Below the pieces are notes generated by a model that saw only the letters and a program-made list of their open reading frames with translations, searched no databases and was not told the origin of the DNA. The position numbers and the translations under genes were made by a program. Of a DNA stretch of 15,933 nt, positions 6,334 through 13,983 are shown one piece after another. Each line of letters opens with the position of its first letter. The stretch's first letter is position 1. This DNA is from Chlamydiota bacterium. GTDB lineage: Bacteria > Auribacterota > JACPWU01. The DNA lies in NCBI GenBank assembly GCA_016196885.1, contig JACPWU010000059.1, positions 1 to 15,933 on the forward strand, written 5' to 3'.

Positions 6334-6433
6334 GCGATGAAAGTTCTCCCCATCATGCTTTTTTTGTAGTCGCCCGATTCATCGGGCAGCCCCATAAATG
6401 GGGCGACTACAAAATGAGCCTCACTTTCATAGC
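6334..6433. repeat. REPIN-like GTAG double hairpin (copy 2, core 6366-6410) inside a longer imperfect hairpin
   Basis: GTAGTCGCCCGATTCATCGGGC (6366-6387), then A, then GCCCCATAAATGGGGCGACTAC (6389-6410). The stem is extended by TTTT/AAAA. An outer inverted repeat pairs GCGATGAAAGT (6334-6344) with ACTTTCATAGC (6423-6433), 10 of 11. The element sits between convergent gene ends. Confidence 0.7.
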
Positions 6434-6468
6434 AAAGAAGAGATGGATTTCTCAGAGGTCTCAACCTG

Positions 6469-6651
6469 TTAATGGGCACCCGATTTTGAAGAGGGTCGTC
6501 CGTCTAAAAGTCGTGGGTAATAAAAATATTTGAGATTTGCTTTATATTTCAAACGATAAAAGCGCATGGTTGGATTTTCTCTCAAGAGAATATTTTCTTT
6601 CTGAAGGTCTTCACCTTTTAAGCGAGACTCAGATTTACCAGAAATCTTCAT
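6469..6651 (-). CDS. Hypothetical small protein (60 aa)
   Basis: ATG (comp. 6649-6651) is preceded by GAGGAAGGAAGT. I recognised no family. The upstream part of the listed ORF (to 6690) lacks an SD. Confidence 0.3.
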   Translation of the reverse strand: MKISGKSESRLKGEDLQKENILLRENPTMRFYRLKYKANLKYFYYPRLLDGRPSSKSGAH

Positions 6652-6790
6652 ACTTCCTTCCTCGTGTTCCAACTGGCCGGCTGGAAACACTTACCCTGTT
6701 CACACTAGATTAGACACCGATTCTGGCAAAAAGGTTAAATAGAAATGTAACTCATTGGAAATAAAAGACTAAGAAAATGATCAGGAGGGA

Positions 6791-7774
6791 CTATTGCTCA
6801 GGAGTGAATTCTTGAAAAACACCCATCTTTCTAAATTTTTGATATCTAATTTCTACAAGTTGTTGGAGAGGAACGAGTTCCAATTCCGAAAAATGATGTT
6901 CAATCGCTTTCTTTAAATTTCGCGCGGCGACTTCGTAATTGTGATGGGCTCCTCCGGCAGGTTCTTCAATCACTTCATCTACAATGCCCAATGAAAAAAG
7001 ATCATGAGCAGTCAATTTCAATGACTCCGCAGCATCCACCATTTTACCCTTTTCTCGCCAAAGAATAGAAGCACACCCCTCAGGAGAAATCACAGAATAA
7101 TACGCATTTTCAAAAATCAAAATACGGTCGGCGACCCCAATTCCCAAGGCACCCCCACTCCCCCCTTCTCCAATGACCACCGCCACAACAGGTACTTTTA
7201 GCCCAGACATTTCTCGAAGATTGACCGCTATCGCCTCTGCTTGTCCCCGCTCCTCAGCCCCCACACCCGGGTAAGCGCCCGGTGTATCAATCAAGGTGAG
7301 AATTGGAAGTCCCGCCTTTTCGGCCAGTTGCATCAGGCGCAAAGCCTTTCGATATCCTTCCGGATGGGCACAACCAAAAGAGCGGGCCTGTCTCTCTTTT
7401 AAATCACGTCCCTTTTGATGCCCGACCACCATGATGTGCCGATTTCCCATTTTTGCAAATCCGCCAATCAAGGCCTGATCATCTCCAAATCGGCGATCCC
7501 CATGAAGCTCCAAAAACTCTTCCATCATCAAATGAATAAAGTCCAGGGAATAAGGGCGCTGGGGATGACGGGCAATTTGAACCCTCTGCCAAGGCGTCAA
7601 ATGTTCTAAAATCTCACGCCTCAATTGATCAAGCTTTTTCTCCAGGGCCTTAATCTCCTGGTTGACATCAATCCCCTTCTTCTCTGAGAATTTTTTTAAC
7701 TCAGCAATTCGATTCTCAAGCTCAACAATGGGCTTTTCAAATTCTAGGCTTAGTTCTTTCATAATCCCATTCAT
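6791..7774 (-). CDS. accA: Acetyl-CoA carboxylase carboxyltransferase subunit alpha
   Basis: The N-terminus LEFEKPIVELENRIAELK is typical of AccA. Conserved blocks are PEGYRKALRLM, LIDTPGAYPGVGAEERGQ and IGEGGSGGALG. Start placed at ATG 7774 (alternative 7762). The ORF-track extension to 7873 reads through a GC-rich structured element and is not AccA-like. Stop codon is TAG. Confidence 0.9.
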   Translation of the reverse strand: MNGIMKELSLEFEKPIVELENRIAELKKFSEKKGIDVNQEIKALEKKLDQLRREILEHLTPWQRVQIARHPQRPYSLDFIHLMMEEFLELHGDRRFGDDQALIGGFAKMGNRHIMVVGHQKGRDLKERQARSFGCAHPEGYRKALRLMQLAEKAGLPILTLIDTPGAYPGVGAEERGQAEAIAVNLREMSGLKVPVVAVVIGEGGSGGALGIGVADRILIFENAYYSVISPEGCASILWREKGKMVDAAESLKLTAHDLFSLGIVDEVIEEPAGGAHHNYEVAARNLKKAIEHHFSELELVPLQQLVEIRYQKFRKMGVFQEFTPEQ

Positions 7775-7796
7775 CCAAAAAATTTTTTTACAATGA

Positions 7797-7921
7797 GGCG
7801 GGTGACCCGACTGGGGGCCCCCACCGAGCGCCAGCAGGTGTAGGCAGAACACCCTAAGATCCATTAGATACAAATCCTACACCGATGCCGTCGGTGGGGA
7901 TCAGGAGGGGCAGGACCCGCC
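7797..7921 (-). ncRNA. GC-rich rod-like structured element: candidate cis-regulatory leader of accA, or a structured repeat
   Basis: Nested complementary segments: GGCGGGT (7797-7803) with ACCCGCC (7915-7921); CCCCACCGA (7819-7827) with TCGGTGGGG (7891-7899); GGTGTAGG (7837-7844) with CCTACACC (7876-7883). A further 5-bp helix (7832-7836 with 7886-7890) closes only as minus-strand RNA, because it needs a G-U pair. The element is a sharp GC-rich island in AT-rich spacer. Confidence 0.35.
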
Positions 7922-7932
7922 ATACAAAAAAA

Positions 7933-8928
7933 TCATTCCACAATGCTCACCTGCGTTCCCACCGGTATCATTTTATAGACCTCCTCTACCTCAGCGTTAC
8001 GAAGCCGCACACATCCAGCGCTGGCCTGTGTTCCAAGAGATTGAGTGTCCCAGGTTCCATGAAGGCCATAGCCTCTTAAATTAAATCCCATCCACCTCGT
8101 TCCCAAAATATTTTGAGGATCTCCAAATGGAATCGTTTTCCCATCATGATGCCACGGGGGATTCACTAACTTATTGATAATTTTAAAATCACCCACAGGG
8201 CTCGAACCGCCCACCCCCGTGCTGACCTGATAAACCTTAATCACCTCCCCATTGACCTTCAAGGCAAGCGTGTTCATTGATTTATCAACCACCATTGAAA
8301 ACTCTCCCGTAAAAACCCTCAGCTTCTCTCCCTTATGAATTAAATTATTTTTCAAATGATTAGATTCTGCCAAAAGATCCGTCGTGGTGTGATACCGAGC
8401 CGCCAGGGTCGCCACACTGTCCCCTTTCTGAACCACCCCTTCCTGAGTCCATCCTTCCACGTGTTGATTGGAAAAGAGAAGTCGGATGTTATTATCCCAA
8501 TATTCTTTCTCAACTTCTTCGAGAGACGCTACCTCTCCCGTTTGAATCAATTCCTTAAAAATACCCCTTGCATTTTTAAAGTCCCCGCTGGCCTTTAACT
8601 GTCTCGCAATTTCTAATTTCTCATCTGGCTTTTGAGCAGCTTGGAGTTTAGAAAGAAGCTCACTCCTTTGACTCTTTTCGCTAGAGGAAATTTGTCCTTC
8701 GGTGGGTGAAGGAAAAATTCCTTGGTCTTGATGCATCAACCCCTGAAAAGGTTTTTGAACATCGGAAGGCAAAATTTGAGGAGCCGTTCCTCCAACCTTC
8801 ACTTCATTTTGAGCAAGGGCTTCTCTCTCTACACTATCCTGAGGCGTTTTCATAAAGAAAAAAAGCGTACCCCCCACACCTAAGGCCGTCATTAAAAAAC
8901 TCATTCCATAAACCCACCAACGTTTCAT
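7933..8928 (-). CDS. L,D-transpeptidase with LysM domain (YkuD family)
   Basis: N-terminal membrane anchor. LysM-like block VVQKGDSVATLAARYHTTTDLLAESNHL...GEKLRV. C-terminal YkuD catalytic motif HGT...SAGCVRL. The ATG overlaps the pssA stop (TAATG at 8926-8930). Confidence 0.88.
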   Translation of the reverse strand: MKRWWVYGMSFLMTALGVGGTLFFFMKTPQDSVEREALAQNEVKVGGTAPQILPSDVQKPFQGLMHQDQGIFPSPTEGQISSSEKSQRSELLSKLQAAQKPDEKLEIARQLKASGDFKNARGIFKELIQTGEVASLEEVEKEYWDNNIRLLFSNQHVEGWTQEGVVQKGDSVATLAARYHTTTDLLAESNHLKNNLIHKGEKLRVFTGEFSMVVDKSMNTLALKVNGEVIKVYQVSTGVGGSSPVGDFKIINKLVNPPWHHDGKTIPFGDPQNILGTRWMGFNLRGYGLHGTWDTQSLGTQASAGCVRLRNAEVEEVYKMIPVGTQVSIVE

Positions 8929-9653
8929 TATATTTTTTCCTTATGAACTTCTTGCATGGCAGAATCTACCCGCGATCTCGAAAAGAAATAGTAACTGAGT
9001 CCCCCGACAACATAACTTCCGAAAATAACGCTGAGACAAATTTCTTCCAGAAAAATTACAGCCCCTAAAAATAAAGCCCCTATCACCAAATAAATAAAGG
9101 GTTCTTTTCGCTTCAGAAAAAGCCCACTCAAACGAGGATAGGGAATGGTGCTAACCATTAAGAAGCCTAGAAAAAACATCACGAGTGGTGCAACCCATAT
9201 GTTTTCTAACCAGGGCAAATGATGACGTGCCAAAATATTCGCAGCCAGAAATCCACCTGCGGCAGGCGTCGGAAGCCCCACAAAATAAGACTTATGTGTT
9301 CCGTCCAATTTTGCATTGTAACGGGCCAATCTCAGGGCACAAGAAACAGAATAAATAAAAGCAACGCTGATCCCCAAACGGCCTAATCCCGAAAGCACAA
9401 GCCGATACATCAGGATCATCGGAGCAATCCCAAAGGTCGTTAAATCAGAGAGAGAGTCATACTCTTCTCCGAACTTGGTATAAGATTTACTGAGGCGCGC
9501 GACATAACCATCGAGAAAATCAAAAAGCATAGCCACCAAAATCCACAGGGCTGCCTTCTCAAAATGGCCTTTGAGCGATGCGCTCAAAGACATGACGCCA
9601 CAGAAAAAATTTCCGGTGGTCATCAAATTGGGCAATAAATAAATTTTTCTCAT
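8928..9653 (-). CDS. pssA: CDP-diacylglycerol--serine O-phosphatidyltransferase
   Basis: CDP-alcohol phosphatidyltransferase motif DFLDGYVARLSKSYTKFGEEYDSLSD (D-x2-DG-x2-AR-x8-G-x3-D-x3-D). Multiple TM segments. The N-terminus MRKIYLLPNLMTTGN is typical. ATG at 9653 with a GGGAGAGGG-type SD; the ORF-track extension to 9725 was not used. Confidence 0.88.
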   Translation of the reverse strand: MRKIYLLPNLMTTGNFFCGVMSLSASLKGHFEKAALWILVAMLFDFLDGYVARLSKSYTKFGEEYDSLSDLTTFGIAPMILMYRLVLSGLGRLGISVAFIYSVSCALRLARYNAKLDGTHKSYFVGLPTPAAGGFLAANILARHHLPWLENIWVAPLVMFFLGFLMVSTIPYPRLSGLFLKRKEPFIYLVIGALFLGAVIFLEEICLSVIFGSYVVGGLSYYFFSRSRVDSAMQEVHKEKI

Positions 9654-9690
9654 GACCCTCTCCCTTCCCTTGTAAATCCAAAAATGACAC

Positions 9691-10314
9691 CTAAGGAAAA
9701 AGCACCCCCAACACGGTCTGGGCACCTTTTACTTTATCCCCCTTCTTGACTCTCAATTCTACAGAGCGAGGCAAATAAAGATCTACACGAGAACCAAACT
9801 GAATGAGACCGATTTTTTGGCCATGCGTCAAGGCATCCCCTCGTTTAGAATAACATACGATGCGGCGGGCAATCAGCCCTGCAATTTGCTTCATTTTCAT
9901 TCGAACAGAACCGTACTCTAAAACCAGGGTATTCGACTCATTCTGAAGAGATGCCTCTTTAAGATGAGCCCTCAGAAAAGATCCCTTTCGATGCGTTACA
10001 TCCACCACACGTCCTGGCAAAGGCGCATAATTGATATGCACATTCAAAACAGACATAAAAATACTGATGAGCATGCACCTTTCATTTTCCTCAAAAACCT
10101 CTTGAATCTGAACGACCGTGCCATCTGCAGGGGCAAGTACATGGCTCTCATCCACAGAAACAGAACGAACGGGATCACGAAAAAAAAGGAGTGTGGAAAT
10201 CAAAAAAACAAAAACCACTCCAGACAAAAGGATATGGATTTTTAGCAAGACCAGACAAAGAATGGCCAGGGGCAAAGCCAGTTTTAAAACCTCTTTTGCA
10301 ACAGGAATCCTCAT
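9691..10314 (-). CDS. psd: Phosphatidylserine decarboxylase proenzyme, short (TIGR00164-like) type
   Basis: Blocks FFRDPVR, APADGTVV, MSVLNVHINYAP and the C-terminal self-cleavage-type motif LIQFGSRVDLYLP. ATG at 10314 is preceded by GAGG with an 8-nt spacer. Longer alternatives are 10338 and 10404. Confidence 0.85.
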   Translation of the reverse strand: MRIPVAKEVLKLALPLAILCLVLLKIHILLSGVVFVFLISTLLFFRDPVRSVSVDESHVLAPADGTVVQIQEVFEENERCMLISIFMSVLNVHINYAPLPGRVVDVTHRKGSFLRAHLKEASLQNESNTLVLEYGSVRMKMKQIAGLIARRIVCYSKRGDALTHGQKIGLIQFGSRVDLYLPRSVELRVKKGDKVKGAQTVLGVLFP

Positions 10315-10360
10315 ACAATAAACCTCAATTGGGCCCATTATACTCCTACTCAAGAGAACG

Positions 10361-11968
10361 TCAATCCTCCTGACGAGGAGATCGAGAGATATGATTAGCC
10401 ACAAGCACCTTATCCTGAATGGGTTTCACCAAAATCAGTCTTTTAAAAAAGGGCTGCTCTTCTAATTCCTCATAAGCCCCTTTTCTCATCACACAGAAAA
10501 AAAGAGAAGAATCTGAAACAGCCTTTTGGAAATCTTGAATTTCTTTGATGACACCCACAGGATGTTGAAGATAAAAAACTAAACTGGGCTTGAACATCTT
10601 ATAAAAAGCTACTTGCACAGCCTCCCCGCGCCCTTTTTCGAAGTTCTGAATCTCTTGAGCAAAGCCCTTCATGGACCTTGCCTTTCCAAACATCGGCCCT
10701 AGAAAATGAATGCCCAGGAAAAATCCGCAGAGAAAAGAAAGAACAATGGCGCTAAAAATTTTGGAGGGTTTCGCCCAAAAAGACGCCAAACAAATTCCAA
10801 TAAAAAGAACACAAAGGGGTAAGGCTGCGCATAAAAACTGATTCGAGTTCCCCGGGAATTCCTTTTCCCAAAAATAGGCTCCAACCCCCAAAACCAAAAG
10901 GGCACCCACCCCTAGAAAAAAAACCTCCCCCTTCGAAGCCTTACTCCGAATCCCTTTTAACATGTCCTCCCAAAGTCGTCCAACCAAAAGACTCATGGGT
11001 AAGAAAAGAGAAAGAATATATGTGGGAAGTTTCGATCGAGAAAATGAGAAGAACGCCAAATCCACCACCCCCCAAATCAGTAAAAAACAAGGAAGCGGCT
11101 CTTTCCAATAAAATCGAAGGGTTTTCCATAAAGCCCTAGGCAAAAAAATACTCCAAGGAAAAAATCCTGCTGCGATCACCGCAAAATAATAGTAAATCGG
11201 TTCTGTGCGGTTTAGAACATCAGAGGTGAAGCGTTTGACATTGTGAAGAAGAAAAAAATATCTAAAAAAATCAGGATAGAGATATTGCTCGATTAAATAC
11301 CAGGGAAGGGCAATGGCGAAAAAAACGATCAGTCCCTCGACCCCACGAGCCTGTTTTAAAAAGGCGAGATTTTTTGTCATCAAAAGAAAAACAAAAAAAA
11401 TCAAGGCTGGTAAAATCAATCCCACAGGCCCTTTTGTCAAAAAGGCCAAGGCACTGGCTCCATAGGCAAGCAGAAGATAACGATTGGAATTCGATCGCCA
11501 ACTTTCAAAAGCAACGATCAGAGCCACACTCTGAAAAAAGCTCAAAGTCATGTCCGTGATGGATAGTCTCCCTACGACCGCAAATTCTAAAGAGGTCGCT
11601 AAAATCAAAGAAGATAAATATCCCCAGCGCCTTTCGCCATTTTTCCAACACCAAAGAAAGACCAAAAGAACACTTAAGAAACCAAACAACGCCGAAGGAA
11701 ATCGAGCACTCCACTCTGAAACTCCCCAAGCCTGGTAAGCCCCCAAAATCAGCCAATAGAATAAAACGGGTTTATCCCACCGATTTTCGCCATTAAGCCG
11801 AGGATTAATCCAGTCGCCAGACACCTTCATCTCGCGAGCCGCCTCTCCATAGCGGGGTTCGTCAGGATCCAAGAGGGGCAGGCTCCCCAATTTAAAAAAG
11901 AAAACGGATCCTGCTGAAACAAGAAGCGTGATGATCTGAAGAAAAGTCGAAAATTTGCCGGACTTCAC
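10361..11968 (-). CDS. Glycosyltransferase family 39 (ArnT/PMT-like, polyprenyl-phosphate-sugar dependent) membrane protein
   Basis: First-loop motif LLDPDEPRYGEAAREM, followed by many TM helices. GTG start at 11968 is preceded by GAGGG (5-nt spacer) and forms a GTGA overlap with the stop of the upstream gene. The ORF-track start at 12109 would overlap the upstream gene by 145 nt. Confidence 0.85.
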   Translation of the reverse strand: MKSGKFSTFLQIITLLVSAGSVFFFKLGSLPLLDPDEPRYGEAAREMKVSGDWINPRLNGENRWDKPVLFYWLILGAYQAWGVSEWSARFPSALFGFLSVLLVFLWCWKNGERRWGYLSSLILATSLEFAVVGRLSITDMTLSFFQSVALIVAFESWRSNSNRYLLLAYGASALAFLTKGPVGLILPALIFFVFLLMTKNLAFLKQARGVEGLIVFFAIALPWYLIEQYLYPDFFRYFFLLHNVKRFTSDVLNRTEPIYYYFAVIAAGFFPWSIFLPRALWKTLRFYWKEPLPCFLLIWGVVDLAFFSFSRSKLPTYILSLFLPMSLLVGRLWEDMLKGIRSKASKGEVFFLGVGALLVLGVGAYFWEKEFPGNSNQFLCAALPLCVLFIGICLASFWAKPSKIFSAIVLSFLCGFFLGIHFLGPMFGKARSMKGFAQEIQNFEKGRGEAVQVAFYKMFKPSLVFYLQHPVGVIKEIQDFQKAVSDSSLFFCVMRKGAYEELEEQPFFKRLILVKPIQDKVLVANHISRSPRQED

Positions 11969-12948
11969 TTTTGCCCTCGCATTCTCAAAAAAACAAATCC
12001 CAAAATTCCTAAAACCATAGAAAAACTTAAAATCAGAAAATGAAAACAAAAGGCGCTTAAAATGACCTCTTGTTGAGGGAAACCCAACAAAAGAAATCCC
12101 AAGGTCCACCCTCCCTCAATGGTTCCCAATCCCGCAAATCCATAAATGGGCAACGTAGAAGCCAACTCTGAAAAAGTGGTTCCCATCACGGTTTCCCAAA
12201 ATGTGATGGCCCCAAAATGAGGAAAATTTCTCACCAAAAAAGAAAAGGCCAAAAACTTCATACCCCAAACAACCAAAGTCATCAAGGCATATTTTAAAAG
12301 TTTCCCAGAAATTTTAATTTGATAGAGATCTTGAGCCAATTGAATTAAGAAATCAGAAACTTTTAAAACCCATTTCCATTTTAACAAACCCCACTTTGAA
12401 AGAGAGAGCCTAATTCTCTCAACCCCCTGCCTTGAAAAAACACCCACAAAAATAAGGACTAAAACCGGCAGACTAAAAAAGGTGACCATAAAAAGCTTGT
12501 AAGCGGGAACGGTGACCTTCCCCCAGAAAAGCAGCAAAGAAACGAGAAAGAGAACCCCTATGGCCACCAAATCAAAGACGCGGGCCAAGATTAAAGTGGC
12601 AACACCTTCAGAGGAAGGAACAGACTGGGTTTTTCGCAAAAGGACCACATAGGAAAGCTCCCCCGTTCGAGCGGGCAACAGTTGATTGAGGAAATTATGA
12701 ATCGAGGTCACCCAAAAAAAAGTGAGGAGAGAAATATTTTTTGAAAAAATCATTTCTTTCCATCGAAGGGCCCGCAGCAGGGTACTGAAACTGTAAAAGA
12801 AAAATGCAAGCAGGATAGAAGAAAGAGAAAGATTTTTCAGAAGGGCAAAAATATTTTGATTTCGAATTTGAAAAAATAAAATGCCTGCAATCGCCAAACC
12901 AAACGCCGTGCCCAATAGACTGCGAAGCAGTCGAGGCGTGCCTGTCAT
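11965..12948 (-). CDS. Flippase-like / lysylphosphatidylglycerol-synthase-TM-region family (UPF0104) membrane protein
   Basis: Polytopic 327-aa membrane protein. N-terminal pattern ...FFYSFSTLLRALRWKEM... and PARTGELSYVVLL are typical of the LPG_synthase_TM/TIGR00374 family. TGGAGAA SD lies upstream of the ATG. Confidence 0.75.
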   Translation of the reverse strand: MTGTPRLLRSLLGTAFGLAIAGILFFQIRNQNIFALLKNLSLSSILLAFFFYSFSTLLRALRWKEMIFSKNISLLTFFWVTSIHNFLNQLLPARTGELSYVVLLRKTQSVPSSEGVATLILARVFDLVAIGVLFLVSLLLFWGKVTVPAYKLFMVTFFSLPVLVLIFVGVFSRQGVERIRLSLSKWGLLKWKWVLKVSDFLIQLAQDLYQIKISGKLLKYALMTLVVWGMKFLAFSFLVRNFPHFGAITFWETVMGTTFSELASTLPIYGFAGLGTIEGGWTLGFLLLGFPQQEVILSAFCFHFLILSFSMVLGILGFVFLRMRGQK

Positions 12949-12998
12949 ATATTCTCCATTTGATTTGAACCTTGCTCATACCCCCATTTCTACCTACC

Positions 12999-13637
12999 TT
13001 ACTGATGTGTCAACTCTTTGCCTTCGGGAGGAATTTCACTTTTCGGAGGCTCTTCTTTTGACACCTTCACTTTGCTCGGGCGAATCACTTTCCCATGAAG
13101 GGAATACCCCTTGCTCAATTGAGCGATCACCTGATGAGGTGGGTGTTCCTTCGATATTTCATAAGCTACTGCATCATGCCTGAGGGGATCAAAGGGCTGA
13201 TGAAGTGCTTCGATAGAAGCCAGGCCCTTTCTCGATAAACAATCATTGAATTGCCGATAAATCATCTGAAGTCCGGTCTTCAGACCCTCGTAATTCTGAG
13301 TGCCTTCCACAGAAACGGCCCGCTCAAAATTATCTAAAATCCCAACCAACTCTAGGATAAAATCCTCTAAAACATATTTTCGAAACTCTTCTTTTTCCTT
13401 AAAACTTCGCTTGCGAAAATTTTCAAACTCTGCTTGAAGCCTCTGAAGATGATCCAAATAGAACTGTGTCTCCTGGGCCTTTTTCTCTAACTCTTCCAGT
13501 CTCTTTCTGGAAATCCAAACCCGCTTATCCTTTACTTCATGCGTTTGGAGACAAGGAGTCGCTCCAGGAGGGGATTTTGTCTCAGGCGCGGGATGAGTCT
13601 CTTTCGATTCATTTTTTTTTGGATCTTCCAATTTCAC
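12999..13637 (-). CDS. grpE: Nucleotide exchange factor GrpE
   Basis: Block LQRLQAEFENFRKRSFKEKEE...ILDNFERA and a C-terminal beta domain (PFDPLRHDAV...G..L.GKVIRPSKV). GTG start at 13637 forms a GTGA overlap with the rpoZ stop. Stop codon is TAA. Confidence 0.9.
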   Translation of the reverse strand: MKLEDPKKNESKETHPAPETKSPPGATPCLQTHEVKDKRVWISRKRLEELEKKAQETQFYLDHLQRLQAEFENFRKRSFKEKEEFRKYVLEDFILELVGILDNFERAVSVEGTQNYEGLKTGLQMIYRQFNDCLSRKGLASIEALHQPFDPLRHDAVAYEISKEHPPHQVIAQLSKGYSLHGKVIRPSKVKVSKEEPPKSEIPPEGKELTHQ

Positions 13638-13843
13638 AACACACTCTTATTTTGTTTCACCTGGAGTTTGCCGTCCAAAAATTCCTTGATTGCAATATCC
13701 ACGCAGTCTACCACATGAGGATCTTCAACCATGGACTTATCTCCGCGAAACAACTGGCGAACACGTTTGGTAATCATGTTAATCACCAAATGCCCATTTA
13801 TTTCCTTCTTACAAATCTCTTCTAGCAACTGACGCTTAACCAT
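13634..13843 (-). CDS. rpoZ: DNA-directed RNA polymerase subunit omega
   Basis: 69 aa. The pattern N-x-x-LVI...TKRVRQL...G...V ... DIAIKEFLDGKL aligns by eye with E. coli RpoZ (NRFDLVLVAARRARQM ... VIALREIEEGLI). Perfect AAGGAGG SD upstream of the ATG. Confidence 0.65.
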   Translation of the reverse strand: MVKRQLLEEICKKEINGHLVINMITKRVRQLFRGDKSMVEDPHVVDCVDIAIKEFLDGKLQVKQNKSVL

Positions 13844-13948
13844 TATGACCTCCTTAAGATCTCAAACGGATTAATCTCAAATCGAGATTCTTTTCCTCCC
13901 TGTTTTTAAAGGAGATGCGACCTTTCAAGCTTACAAAAAAGGGAGTTC

Positions 13949-13977
13949 ATGGTAGTTTATCCAATGGTGAAAGTCAA
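13949..13977 (-). promoter_or_regulatory. Candidate sigma70 promoter of rpoZ-grpE
   Basis: Minus strand reads TTGACT (comp. 13972-13977), 17-nt spacer, TACCAT (comp. 13949-13954), about 105 nt upstream of the rpoZ ATG. Confidence 0.3.
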
Positions 13978-13983
13978 GGGATT

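Noticed and set aside
6297-6533. ORFs 6297-6479 (-) and 6330-6533 (+)
   Set aside because: They translate the REPIN-like copy 2. The peptides mirror those from copy 1 (ARFIGQ, GDYK) purely because of the shared palindrome.
7775-7873. 33-aa N-terminal extension of AccA
   Set aside because: The extension is the translation of the GC-rich structured element and is unlike any AccA N-terminus. The AccA-like sequence begins at LEFEKPI just after ATG 7774/7762.
7797-7921. Interpreting the GC-rich element as a tRNA (7-bp terminal stem), SRP RNA or a known riboswitch
   Set aside because: No D or T arm (no GTTCRANYC-type loop) on either strand. No SRP GGAA/AGCA domain IV motif. None of the conserved cores of the TPP, ZTP, glycine, fluoride or guanidine classes could be found by eye. 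It is kept only as an unclassified structured element.
11969-12109. ORF-track start of the GT39 gene at 12109
   Set aside because: It would overlap the upstream gene by 145 nt. GTG 11968 has a GAGGG SD and a classic GTGA stop-start overlap.
13612-13620. Nine-nucleotide homopolymer (A9 on the coding strand) near the 5' end of grpE as a phase-variation tract
   Set aside because: It simply encodes Lys-Lys-Asn in a variable N-terminal tail of an essential co-chaperone. Nothing in the sequence indicates a frameshifted alternative.
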